Assembly (NCBI GenBank): GCA_963846575.1
Contig: CAWJWJ010000002.1
Coordinates: forward strand, 992,001 to 1,056,000
DNA length: 64,000 nucleotides
Source: an uncultured Nitrospiraceae bacterium
GTDB lineage: Bacteria; Nitrospirota; Nitrospiria; Nitrospirales; Nitrospiraceae
Direction: 5' to 3'
The notes under the pieces are model-generated. The model saw only the letters and a list, made by a program, of their open reading frames with translations. It did not search any database and was not told the origin of the DNA. Below, one piece after another: positions 38,487 through 48,041 of the stretch. Made by a program: the position numbers and the translations under genes. Position 1 is the first letter of the stretch. The number at the start of each line of letters is the position of its first letter.

Positions 38487-39146
38487 ATGGGAACGACAGT
38501 GCGAACAACAGCAGCGGTGCGGATTCTGGTCGTCGACGATCACCCCTCCTTCCGTCGCGGCGTAAAGGATATTCTCGAGGAAGGATTTGAAGGAGCACGG
38601 ATGGCAGAGTGCGGGAACGCCCAGGAAATGCTCGATCACGTCCGCGATCATACCTATGATCTGGTGGTGATGGACATCAGTATGCCGGGAAGAAGCGGTC
38701 CCGAAGCGCTGAAGGAACTGAAGCAGCTTGCCCCGACGTTGCCGGTCTTGATCCTGAGTATGCATCCCGAGGACCAGTATGCCATTCGCATGTTCAAAGC
38801 GGGTGCGGCGGGATACTTGACCAAGGCGAGTGCGCCGGAAGAGTTGGTGCATGCCGCGAAAAAGGTGCTGGCCGGGGGGCAATATGTCAGTGCCTCCGTA
38901 GGAGAGGCCCTGGCGCTCACGGTCAGGAGTGGGGTCGATAAGTTGCCGCATGAGCGATTGTCGGATCGAGAGTACGAGGTTCTCTGCCTGATTGCCTCCG
39001 GGCAGACCGTTAGCGACATCGCCGAAAATATTCATCTCAGCGTAACGACGATCAGCACCTATCGGGCCAGAATTTTGGACAAGATGAGTCTAAAGAATAA
39101 TGCGGAGTTGACCCGGTATGCCTTACAGCATGGCCTGGTCGTTTAA
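38487..39146 (+). CDS. NarL/FixJ-family response regulator
   Basis: VVDDH, MDISMPG and YLTK motifs, and LuxR HTH LSDREYEV...TISTYRARILDKM. Confidence 0.93.
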   Translation: MGTTVRTTAAVRILVVDDHPSFRRGVKDILEEGFEGARMAECGNAQEMLDHVRDHTYDLVVMDISMPGRSGPEALKELKQLAPTLPVLILSMHPEDQYAIRMFKAGAAGYLTKASAPEELVHAAKKVLAGGQYVSASVGEALALTVRSGVDKLPHERLSDREYEVLCLIASGQTVSDIAENIHLSVTTISTYRARILDKMSLKNNAELTRYALQHGLVV

Positions 39147-39493
39147 TAGTCAAATGTCGTCGAATAAACCATGACAGAGTCATGGGTAAATATGTGACAT
39201 CGGAATCCGACACCTGCTGATAGTCCCTCCCTCGCGCCCACTGTATTGTCCCCTCATGCAGCATCCTGGATCTCAAGCGGGTCGAGCCTCCCGGTCGTTT
39301 GTCAGGCTGTCCTTGGAAGTGGATCATCCGAGCGTTTCCTCCTGGTTCGTTCGGTCTGGATCCTTTTAGGTCGACGCCCGCCCTTTCCAGGCTTTTGCGA
39401 GTTTGCATGGTGGAGCCCGCTCAAGGAACATCGGCTCCGACATGTGATGGCCATTATTAATGGACATTCGGACCGGCCGGAAAGGGGGCATGT

Positions 39494-39883
39494 ATGGTGC
39501 GACTGACAAATCTCAGGGACAGAAGTCCCGCCAAACGCCCGAAGGTTGCCGTGGTTCATGAAGACGTATCGACGGGCTTTCGCTTTGCTGATTGGTTCGC
39601 CCAGCGCGGATATCAACCCACGCTGACATCGATGGTGCCGCAACTGGAGCGCAACCTGTTGGAACTCCACCCCGACGTCATTGTGGTCGGCTTGTCCGGC
39701 ATGCCCACGCTGCTTCACAGCACCGTGCCCCGTCTCAGAACCACCTGTCCGCATGTGCCGATTATCGCGGTTGTGGAGGAAGGCCTGACGGATTGGCGGC
39801 CCGGCCCTGATTCAGATTTGATCAACACACTTGGTGCAGGGGTCTTCATGTGCCGCTCTCTTGACCCGTTGGCGGCCCAGTAG
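39494..39883 (+). CDS. Small degenerate receiver-like protein
   Basis: Receiver-like pattern (VAVVHED...HPDVIVVGL...VPIIAV) lacking the phospho-Asp; AAGGGG RBS. Confidence 0.5.
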   Translation: MVRLTNLRDRSPAKRPKVAVVHEDVSTGFRFADWFAQRGYQPTLTSMVPQLERNLLELHPDVIVVGLSGMPTLLHSTVPRLRTTCPHVPIIAVVEEGLTDWRPGPDSDLINTLGAGVFMCRSLDPLAAQ

Positions 39884-39987
39884 GATTCGTTTTTCCGTAC
39901 GAAGTTATTCGATTCACATGGAATGAAAGCGGGACGATGGAGCGATCGTCGCATAGTGACCAGCTGGTGGAGTGAGAAAGGAGCCGT

Positions 39988-41403
39988 ATGGTGTCGAAAC
40001 CGAAGGTCTTACTCGTTGAGGACGATGAAACGATCGCCACTGCACTCCGTTCTGCGATGGAAAACGAGTGCACGATACTTATCAGTGGACGAGCTCAGGT
40101 TTCTGAGACCGCGGGACAGGAACCAGAACCGCTCGTCACGTTGGTGGACCTGGAGTCCCCATCTTGCCCGGACCCTGAAGAGGGCCTCCGCATCCTGCGA
40201 GAGAGGCAGCGGGCAGGGCATAGCGGAAAACTTATTGTCTATACCGGCAGCCCTGATCGTCGCGTGGCCATTCAGGCTGTCCGCCATGGAGCCGCTGAAA
40301 TCCTTTCCAAACCGCTGGACATGACGCTCCTCAAAGAAATCATGAGGCGGGCCCTGCGAATGGCCGATCTGGAACAGGAAGCGCGCGCAGGCCAAACCGC
40401 AAGCCATCATGAAGAAGTTGCAGGGATGCTGGGCACCAGTTCGAGCATTCACCGGATTTTTGAGGCGATCAGGAAGGTCTCGACGAACGACGCACCGATA
40501 TTGATTACAGGCGAAAGCGGAACGGGCAAGGAACTGACCGCAAAGGCGATTCACGAACGAGGCTCACGCAAACGGGCGCCGTTCATTACCATCAATTGCG
40601 GGGCGATTCCTGAGAGCCTCCTGGAAGCGGAAATGTTTGGTGACGAGCGGAGTGTTTCTCCGGCAGTTGAGGGTCGGACAAAGGGAAAGGTCGAACTCGC
40701 TGATGGGGGAACCCTGTTTCTGGACGACGTGGGAGAGCTGCCCCTGTTGCTACAGGGCAAAGTGCTGCGGTTGTTACAGGACCGCACGTTTGAGCGAAGC
40801 GGCGGCCGGCAGCGCCATGAAGTGAACGTCCGCGTCATTGCGGCCACCAAGGTGAACCTTCAGGAATCCATTGAGAAGGGTACATTTCGAGAGGATCTCT
40901 ACCATCGGCTTGGAGTGGTGCATATCAACGTACCCCCTTTACGGGAACGAGGCGAAGACACCGTGCATATCGCCACAGCCTTTCTTCGCCATGCCTCGGC
41001 TCATCACGGCAAGTCCATTCATGGATTCACCCGGGAAGCCTTGGAGGCAATGCAGCTCTACTCATGGCCAGGGAATGTTCGAGAATTGTCCGAGAGGGTT
41101 GGGCGCGCCGTGGTGATGGCGGCAGGCACTCACATCAGACCCGCAGATCTGGACATACCTTGCCAGCTCGCGCACCAGAATCAGGGATCGATTTCTCTCA
41201 AAATCAACCAGCAGCGAATCGAGACTGACCTCATCATGAAGGCGTTCACGCTCTCCCATGGGAACCTGAGTCGCGCCGCTCACGAACTCGGGATCAGTCG
41301 CTCCACTCTCTATCGACGCCTGCGTCAATATGGCATGGATCGTACGCTTGATGCGCGCAGGATCCCCGGTGTCTCACCCCGAGCCTGGATGGCTGATCAC
41401 TGA
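39988..41403 (+). CDS. NtrC-type REC-AAA+-Fis regulator with degenerate sigma54-contact loop
   Basis: Receiver domain, GESGTGKE, FLDDVGE, WPGNVREL and Fis HTH LGISRSTLYRRL. Confidence 0.92.
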   Translation: MVSKPKVLLVEDDETIATALRSAMENECTILISGRAQVSETAGQEPEPLVTLVDLESPSCPDPEEGLRILRERQRAGHSGKLIVYTGSPDRRVAIQAVRHGAAEILSKPLDMTLLKEIMRRALRMADLEQEARAGQTASHHEEVAGMLGTSSSIHRIFEAIRKVSTNDAPILITGESGTGKELTAKAIHERGSRKRAPFITINCGAIPESLLEAEMFGDERSVSPAVEGRTKGKVELADGGTLFLDDVGELPLLLQGKVLRLLQDRTFERSGGRQRHEVNVRVIAATKVNLQESIEKGTFREDLYHRLGVVHINVPPLRERGEDTVHIATAFLRHASAHHGKSIHGFTREALEAMQLYSWPGNVRELSERVGRAVVMAAGTHIRPADLDIPCQLAHQNQGSISLKINQQRIETDLIMKAFTLSHGNLSRAAHELGISRSTLYRRLRQYGMDRTLDARRIPGVSPRAWMADH

Positions 41404-41521
41404 GAGGGAGATGGGTTGCAGGTTGAACCGTAAGGTTTTGATAACCTGTACGACCGGCGAAGCGAAAAGTGTAAAATGGTTGACCGTTTCACAGGTATTT
41501 GTTAAGTACTAGCTTCCATAT

Positions 41522-41694
41522 ACAGGACCATCCTCGTGCGTTCCGAGGCGTTGGGAGGAGATCCCCTGATGGATCTCCCTGAGACGCATCTCCTTGAGAA
41601 ACATTTTCAAAGGAAGGGTGGGCGACCGGCCCATCTGCGTCCTGTCGCTTCCGTTTCGGATGGACGCCCTGACGAACAGGCCGTCGTCCGAAAC
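41522..41694 (+). ncRNA. Candidate structured cis-regulatory leader RNA upstream of ycbK
   Basis: Hand-folded closing stem enclosing four hairpins, followed by a long hairpin ending just before the RBS (see findings). Confidence 0.4.
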
Positions 41695-41712
41695 CAACGT
41701 AGGAGAACAGCA

Positions 41713-42279
41713 ATGTCATCTGAGGCCCCATTCCTCTGGACTCGACGAGATCTTTTGCGCACCAGCGCGGTGGGAATGGCGCTGGCGGCCGTACGTCTGG
41801 CCCTTCCGCTCGATACCTGGGCGGCGCGGCTCCCCGAAGGCCGCGTGAGTCTTTACAACCTCCAGACGGACGAACGATTGTCCGTCACATACCGAACCGA
41901 AAGCGGCACCTATGATCAAGGGGCGCTGAACGATCTCAACCATCTCCTGAGGTGCCATCACACCAATGAATCGACCATTATGGACGTGCGGCTCATTGAG
42001 TTCGTGAGTCTGGTCCAACGCCGGATCGGCGGTCGTCGCGATGTGCACATCGTATCCGGCTATCGTTCGCCAGAATACAACGAGCAGTTGATCAGAATGG
42101 GCACTCGTGCGGCCCGCAATAGTTACCACGTGTTAGGCCAGGCCATGGACGTGCAGATGCCCGGTGTGCCACTGCGTACCCTCCGTGAGGTCGCATTGCG
42201 ATATAGATGCGGAGGCGTGGGCTACTATCCGCGCGGCAAGTTTGTCCACCTTGATTCCGGTCCGTTTCGATATTGGTAA
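41713..42279 (+). CDS. YcbK/DUF882 (MepK-like) Tat-exported M15 peptidoglycan peptidase
   Basis: TRRDLL Tat motif, SGYRSP, SYH..GQAMD and FVHLDSG; AGGAG RBS. Confidence 0.9.
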   Translation: MSSEAPFLWTRRDLLRTSAVGMALAAVRLALPLDTWAARLPEGRVSLYNLQTDERLSVTYRTESGTYDQGALNDLNHLLRCHHTNESTIMDVRLIEFVSLVQRRIGGRRDVHIVSGYRSPEYNEQLIRMGTRAARNSYHVLGQAMDVQMPGVPLRTLREVALRYRCGGVGYYPRGKFVHLDSGPFRYW

Positions 42280-42489
42280 TCCGCACAGTCGGCTCCTCTG
42301 GCTCTTCCTCGATCGAGTGCTCTCCCTCCGCCGGCCCCGGCTGAACCATGATGTGAGTAGCACCATTGCGTAGAAGGGATTCCTTCCTGGTATTTGCATG
42401 ACACCCTCGCATTCGCGTGGTAGGGTGGTTTCGCCCGGTCGGCAATAGAAGCGCTTGACGGTGAGATGTGCGAGCAAGGAGTAACGAGC

Positions 42490-42966
42490 ATGGTGGTATC
42501 ACAGGGAGATGTCGTCTCGGTCGAATACACTATCCGGTTGTCGGACGACCGCGTCATCGAGACGACCGTGGGCGATTCACCTTTGACCTATACCCATGGT
42601 CACAATGAAATTTTGCGGGGGCTGGAGGCGGGCCTCGATGGGATGGCGATTGGCGCGTCTAAGAGCGTTACCGTTCAACCGGTGGACGCCTATGGGGAGA
42701 TCCATCAGGAAGGTTTCTTCGAGGTGCAGCGGAACCGGGTCCCGCAGGAGGCTCAACGCATAGGCGTGAAACTAGAAGCAACGGCGCCGGATGGTAGGAC
42801 GGTATTTCCGTATGTCGCTGAAATCAAACCGGAGGTCATCGTCCTGAATCTTAACCACCCGCTTGCCGGGCAAGTTTTGCGATTCGATGTCCGCATTGTG
42901 GACATCAGGCGGAGCGATCAGCAGCTTGTCACGGGAATCTCGGATGGGCGGCTGGAAGCGCGTTAA
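42490..42966 (+). CDS. FKBP-type peptidyl-prolyl isomerase (SlyD-like, no His-rich tail)
   Basis: VSVEYT, AYGE and NHPLAG..LRFDV motifs. Confidence 0.9.
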   Translation: MVVSQGDVVSVEYTIRLSDDRVIETTVGDSPLTYTHGHNEILRGLEAGLDGMAIGASKSVTVQPVDAYGEIHQEGFFEVQRNRVPQEAQRIGVKLEATAPDGRTVFPYVAEIKPEVIVLNLNHPLAGQVLRFDVRIVDIRRSDQQLVTGISDGRLEAR

Positions 42967-43403
42967 CCCACCAGGTCCGGGTTCATCCTGGCCATCGATT
43001 GGACGGAAGTGGCCTTAATTTCATTGTAGACGATGGCACGACCGGCTTGACGCAAGCGGCTGAAGATTCCCTCCACTACGACATAGTCGCCTTCACGTAC
43101 GTCTGCTTTGCCAAGCCCCACAACCTTAACTGTTCCGGCGCTGTCCTGCAGCAGGAAACCGAAGGCGGGATGTCCGTCCCGATTGGTCGCGAGTTGAAAA
43201 CTCGTCACGCGCCCGCTCACCGTCACCGATTGATGATCATAATGGTCGGGATGGGCGAGGAGTTCCGTGACTTCCACCATTGCGGAGGCAGAAATGGGCA
43301 GGGGATGAAGCACCCATCCTACGAGGGCCCACATGCCGAGCACGAGCATGGTATGGACACATTTCGATTGAAGACTATCCTGGGCGGTGGTCCGCGACAT
43401 CAT
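42963..43403 (-). CDS. Exported OB-fold-like hypothetical protein
   Basis: Hydrophobic leader and VTVSGRV...FLLQD..G.V.V...EGDYVVVEG OB pattern; TATAAT 6 nt upstream of the ATG. Confidence 0.7.
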   Translation of the reverse strand: MMSRTTAQDSLQSKCVHTMLVLGMWALVGWVLHPLPISASAMVEVTELLAHPDHYDHQSVTVSGRVTSFQLATNRDGHPAFGFLLQDSAGTVKVVGLGKADVREGDYVVVEGIFSRLRQAGRAIVYNEIKATSVQSMARMNPDLVG

Positions 43404-43535
43404 CAACCAATTATACAAAATTCACCTCGAGCTGAGAAGGCAGTCCTGAAAAAAACCTCAGAAGCCGGATGGCTTCCACCATCGCGGGGCGGCGTCAACT
43501 CGCCAGCCCACAATGCTCACGAGGAAATTACCATG

Positions 43536-44705
43536 TCATCGCTGGAGATCGTTGTGCAGCTCGCCCATGAAGCTGTTCAGCACATGTTGTTTCATTTGAC
43601 CGACTTCCTCTTCGGTCGGCTGACCTGCTTGATCGGTGAGCTCTAACGCCTCTTTCGCCACCGGCGCAGTGCGACTCAGCAATACTTCTTCAAGCGCCTC
43701 AGGGCTCTGGTCGATTTCCGAGAGCGTCGCCATCAGTCGCTGCAAGCCGAAAAGCGACCGGGTATTCTCCGAGTGCACGGCATTGGAGCTGGCTCCGTGG
43801 ACCAGCGAGAGCCAGAATTTCGCTTCGAGATCCTCGCCCAGTGTTCCCCAGACAAATGCGCTGAGCTTTTCCAGCAGGGCCTGCTCGGTACGCTCTAACC
43901 CGTCGTAGAGTGCAACGGATCGTTCCACCGGACGTTCACTGAGGACAGCCAGTGTTTCCTTCCAAAGGTCGAGCGACGCAGTGGCGGGCAAGGTCTTTGT
44001 CGAATCGCGTTGCAGCGCGGTCTGGATGGATTGTAAATATTGGTGGAGATGTTTGACTTTTCGGCCGGCAAGACTCCCGGCGGGAATTCCCCAAATATGC
44101 CCTATTTCGTGATCCTGCAACGGGGCAGCGTTCAGTGACTTCCACTCCCGTTCAGAGAGCTCGAACCGCTTGCGGTACTTGTCGAGCAGGCGGAGTTGCG
44201 TTTGTATTTCGAGCCCCAGCCTGGCTTCCTGGTACGCCTCGGCAGAGATATCGTTTTCATCCCAGCGCCGATCGAGGAGTCGAATGGCCGGTTTGGGGAC
44301 GGCCGCGCGGGCCTGTTGCTTGATTATGTCGATGGCCTCCGGGGTGACCTTGTACCGCGATTGCAGAAGCGCTATCGCCGAACGAACCATCCCCTCGGCG
44401 AGGGCGGTCATGCCCTTCATACCTTCCATTTGAAGCCAGAGCCGTTCCCTCCGCAACCGGACTCGACGGCGATACTCGTCCCGGCGGCTGGTGACATCGC
44501 GCAAAGCATCCTGCTTTACCACCTGGTGCAGCGGCTTGGAGCCAGCGACACAACGAGGATCGGGACGGTCCGCTGCAATGTGAGTGATCTCTTCCGGAGT
44601 GATATCGAAATGCTGCAGCAACAGGAGCTTGAGCATGATCCGACCCTGGATAGCGGATTGTTCGATGGTCGTAGCGATGAGTTCCGGCGTGAGCAAAGCA
44701 GACAT
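43536..44705 (-). CDS. Hypothetical helical protein with a sigma-region-4-like HTH segment
   Basis: 389-aa ORF with a plausible RBS and the segment LQDHEIGHIWGIPAGSLAGR. Confidence 0.75.
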   Translation of the reverse strand: MSALLTPELIATTIEQSAIQGRIMLKLLLLQHFDITPEEITHIAADRPDPRCVAGSKPLHQVVKQDALRDVTSRRDEYRRRVRLRRERLWLQMEGMKGMTALAEGMVRSAIALLQSRYKVTPEAIDIIKQQARAAVPKPAIRLLDRRWDENDISAEAYQEARLGLEIQTQLRLLDKYRKRFELSEREWKSLNAAPLQDHEIGHIWGIPAGSLAGRKVKHLHQYLQSIQTALQRDSTKTLPATASLDLWKETLAVLSERPVERSVALYDGLERTEQALLEKLSAFVWGTLGEDLEAKFWLSLVHGASSNAVHSENTRSLFGLQRLMATLSEIDQSPEALEEVLLSRTAPVAKEALELTDQAGQPTEEEVGQMKQHVLNSFMGELHNDLQR

Positions 44706-44738
44706 GGTGTGGGACCTCGTGCGATGTAAAAGGTTCGC

Positions 44739-44951
44739 TTAGGCCGTGCCCTGATGGCTGTTCTCAAGGTAGACCGCGACATATTCCCGAATTTCCTGGA
44801 TGCTGCCGCTTATGAACATTTCTCGCGGAATCTCGACGCGCACCAATTTCGCAGGGTCGACCCCTCGATCGATTGCGTATTCTTCGTCGATGTACAGAGT
44901 CACCGAACCGTCGGGAAAGCGGATCGCATAGACCGCATTGTTTTCAGCCAT
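44739..44951 (-). CDS. Small acidic hypothetical protein
   Basis: 70-aa ORF with protein-like composition and a GGAG RBS; co-oriented with its neighbours. Confidence 0.7.
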   Translation of the reverse strand: MAENNAVYAIRFPDGSVTLYIDEEYAIDRGVDPAKLVRVEIPREMFISGSIQEIREYVAVYLENSHQGTA

Positions 44952-45231
44952 GGGAGCTGCTCCGTCTGAGTTGTGGATGGTAGAGATAATAGAGGTAACA
45001 CAGGCTCAACCTGGCTGTCAAAATGAAGCCTGCGGCCCGCCGACGCTGGAGGCAGGAGCAAAATCAGAGAGCGCCGGCATGGCTCCTGGCAGGAAACATG
45101 CTGGCCAGACCTGCAGCGTGACGCGACTGAATGGGAGAGAAGCGAGCCTCACGGTCGCCCACGAGGTCGAACGCAACGCGGCCTCCGGTCTTGGACCGAA
45201 GGCCGCGGAATGACACCGGCTGAAATATCTT

Positions 45232-45939
45232 TTACCCACCCAGGGTGTCGAGGGCTTCCTTCAAACTCTTGCGGATACAGGTGAAAATGGGCGTATCACG
45301 CAAGGTATAGCGGCTGCCTTCAGTTTCGCGCAAGGCCATGACAAGGTCGAGGAAGTCTTCGGGCTTATCACTTTCGAACGCGACGACCCATTCCTGGTCG
45401 TCAAGACCAAAGGAGTACGTGGTATTGAGCTTGACCGAGGGGAATCGATGACCGACCTCGATGTGTTCGTCCATCATGCCCTGCCGCGCGGCCTTGGTGA
45501 GCAGGAACCATTCGCGGGTTTTGACGAACGGGTAGACAAAGATGTACTTGGCCTTGCCCGGGACCACGGTCAGCCGCTTACTTTCCTGATTTTCGTGCGT
45601 GTGGTGGTCGACGTAGATGGATCGTTTGGTGATGGCCAAGTAGGAATAGGGATTCATGATGTATTTCCCCAAACCGGAGGCCATGATTTTGGTGCTCATC
45701 TCCTGGAACAGTTCGAGTTCATAGCTGATACGCCAGAGCATGAGATCACAGTCGCCTCGAATACCGACTGTCGTATAGGCGATCACAAGGACCTTGCCCT
45801 GGTATTCTTCCACGGCCCGGAGGAATTCCTGTTTGCCGCGCGTGCGTTCATCTTCGGGGAGTCGCCGCCAAGCTGGATCGATCTTATAGAAGGTAAAATT
45901 GACGTATTGGCGGCGGGGTGGTTGTTCGGGGCTGGACAT
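45232..45939 (-). CDS. chdC: Chlorite-dismutase-family protein, likely coproheme decarboxylase (ChdC/HemQ)
   Basis: YPFVKTREW (catalytic Tyr), MMDEH (proximal His) and YSFGLDDQEWVV; no Cld-type distal Arg. Confidence 0.75.
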   Translation of the reverse strand: MSSPEQPPRRQYVNFTFYKIDPAWRRLPEDERTRGKQEFLRAVEEYQGKVLVIAYTTVGIRGDCDLMLWRISYELELFQEMSTKIMASGLGKYIMNPYSYLAITKRSIYVDHHTHENQESKRLTVVPGKAKYIFVYPFVKTREWFLLTKAARQGMMDEHIEVGHRFPSVKLNTTYSFGLDDQEWVVAFESDKPEDFLDLVMALRETEGSRYTLRDTPIFTCIRKSLKEALDTLGG

Positions 45940-46045
45940 GACGAACCCTCCAGGCAAGTTCTTGATAATGTAAAAGAATAAGAGTTAGAGTGTTTAGCAT
46001 TTCATCTCGCGGGCTGTCAACAGAGCCGCAGTTGAGGACTGTGAA

Positions 46046-46696
46046 GTGATCGACCAAAACCAAGTTAACACCCGGGTCAGCATGAGGGGGCTCCGACGAT
46101 TGTCCGCCGGAGCATGCCTTCTATCCAGTCTGACGGTGCTGGTGAATGTCATGATGGGCGGGCCCTCGCACGCGATCGAGATCCAGCCGACCGCTGAACA
46201 AATTCAGGCTACTGTCGAGCGAGGAAAGGCGACGGCCCAACAGCGCTTGTCTCCGGATCAGCTTCATACCGCGTTTGGCTCTAAGGAAGACCTCGCGCCC
46301 CATGGGTTCATTATGACCAAGCTGGGGAGTCTCCTTGTCATGGCTAATCATCTGGCTTTGCGGAAGCTCTCGCCGACCGACCAGGACATTACCCAAGTCA
46401 TGGCCAACGAGCTTCTTCTGGTGAATGTCGTGATCTTTGGTGACCGGGTGAATTTCGCCGCCGATAGTTATGTGGTTATGGAGCAGGCCGGCAGGACGGT
46501 GAAACCCGCGACGGTGCGGTTCGATGCGCGGGGTGATCGGACGGCACTCTGGCCGCAGCAGCCGGCCTACCGGGCCAAAGTCATCGCGCAATTTCCCTAT
46601 GCCGAGCTTGACCCGCGAGCGCCGACTACCCTGACCGTTTTTCCTTCCACGGGGGGACAGGTCACCTTCCATCTCGACTTCGCTCATATCGAATGA
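46046..46696 (+). CDS. Exported hypothetical protein
   Basis: Signal peptide ending SHA; 216-aa ORF upstream of cinA. Confidence 0.7.
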   Translation: MIDQNQVNTRVSMRGLRRLSAGACLLSSLTVLVNVMMGGPSHAIEIQPTAEQIQATVERGKATAQQRLSPDQLHTAFGSKEDLAPHGFIMTKLGSLLVMANHLALRKLSPTDQDITQVMANELLLVNVVIFGDRVNFAADSYVVMEQAGRTVKPATVRFDARGDRTALWPQQPAYRAKVIAQFPYAELDPRAPTTLTVFPSTGGQVTFHLDFAHIE

Positions 46697-46751
46697 CCGC
46701 GCCTGTCCTACTCCGGTCCCAGCTAGAAATGTTGAAAAGGTTTCGACCTTC

Positions 46752-48041
46752 ATGAGCCAGCCGGGAATCTGGGCCGCTGAAACCATTGCCATCGGATCGG
46801 AGCTTCTGCTCGGTGGCCGTCTCGACACCAATTCATTTTTCATCGCCGAACAATTGGCGGCCTATGGCATAGAACTCCGGTACAAGACCGTGGTGGGTGA
46901 CCATCTGCCTGACATCGTGACGGCGTTGAGAGCCGCAGTGCGACGATCCCGTGTGGTGATGATCACGGGCGGGCTGGGCCCGACAGTGGATGACCTCACG
47001 CGCCAAGCCGTCGCGCGAGCCACCGGGCGCAGACTGGTTCGCCGCAAGGCGGCGCTGGACGAAATGGTGGCGCGCTTGGCCGAGTGGGGGCGTACTCCCA
47101 ACAAGTCGCAGTTCCGGCAAGCCATGATTCCCTCCGGCGCGGATGTGTTGTCGAACCCGGTGGGCACGGCCCCCGGATTTGCGCTCACTTGGAAAGGATC
47201 GTTTCTCGCGGCCTTGCCGGGTGTACCGCGTGAAATGGAGCCGATGGTCAGACAGTCAGTAGTGCCAGGGTTGCAGGCATGGCTGCAGGCACAGAAGGCC
47301 GGAAGTAGGATGCCCATGATCCGGCGGGTGCTCCACACCTCCGGTGTGCCGGAGTCCATCGTGGATCAGCGCCTTGTCGGGCTCCTTCCAGAAAATAGTC
47401 CGATTCAACTCGGCATCTACGCCTCTCCAATAGAGATTATGGTTTCGTTAACCGGACCCGCGGGAATCAATGGGCCGGCGGTCGAGGGTATCGACCAGTT
47501 GTTCAATGAAGCACGGACACGCCTGCGCGACATTCTATATGGAGAAGGAGACGATACGATGGAGTCGGTGGTCGGCCGGCTGCTCGGCCAACAAAAACTG
47601 ACCCTCGCCGTGGCCGAATCCTGCACCGGTGGATTGATTGGCCACCGGTTAACACAGGTCCCCGGCTCGTCAGCCTATCTGGATCGGGTGGCGGTCACCT
47701 ATAGCAATCGCGCGAAGATTGAGATGCTAGGAGTGCCATCGCCCATTATCGATCGGTATGGAGCAGTCAGTGCAGAGGTTGCCGCAGCGATGGCCCGCGG
47801 TATCCGTGAACGAAGCGGGGCTTCCATCGGGTTGAGCGTCACAGGTATCGCCGGCCCAGGCGGCGCGACCGACACCAAACCTGTGGGGTTGGTGTATGTA
47901 GGCCTGGACGGTGGCCCGAAGGACGCGTGTACGAAGGAGTTCCGTTTTCATGGCGGAGATCGCAATGTTATCAAGCAAAAATCTTCCCAAGCTGCCCTCG
48001 ATCTGCTCCGCCGCTGGTTGACTCAAAGAGCTCAGGAATGA
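46752..48041 (+). CDS. cinA: Competence/damage-inducible protein CinA (NMN deamidase domain)
   Basis: IGSELL, GGLGPT.DD, AESCTGG and TGIAGP motifs. Confidence 0.95.
   Translation: MSQPGIWAAETIAIGSELLLGGRLDTNSFFIAEQLAAYGIELRYKTVVGDHLPDIVTALRAAVRRSRVVMITGGLGPTVDDLTRQAVARATGRRLVRRKAALDEMVARLAEWGRTPNKSQFRQAMIPSGADVLSNPVGTAPGFALTWKGSFLAALPGVPREMEPMVRQSVVPGLQAWLQAQKAGSRMPMIRRVLHTSGVPESIVDQRLVGLLPENSPIQLGIYASPIEIMVSLTGPAGINGPAVEGIDQLFNEARTRLRDILYGEGDDTMESVVGRLLGQQKLTLAVAESCTGGLIGHRLTQVPGSSAYLDRVAVTYSNRAKIEMLGVPSPIIDRYGAVSAEVAAAMARGIRERSGASIGLSVTGIAGPGGATDTKPVGLVYVGLDGGPKDACTKEFRFHGGDRNVIKQKSSQAALDLLRRWLTQRAQE

Noticed and set aside
45232..45939. Functional chlorite dismutase
   Set aside because: It lacks the distal Arg and has the ChdC-type catalytic Tyr motif.
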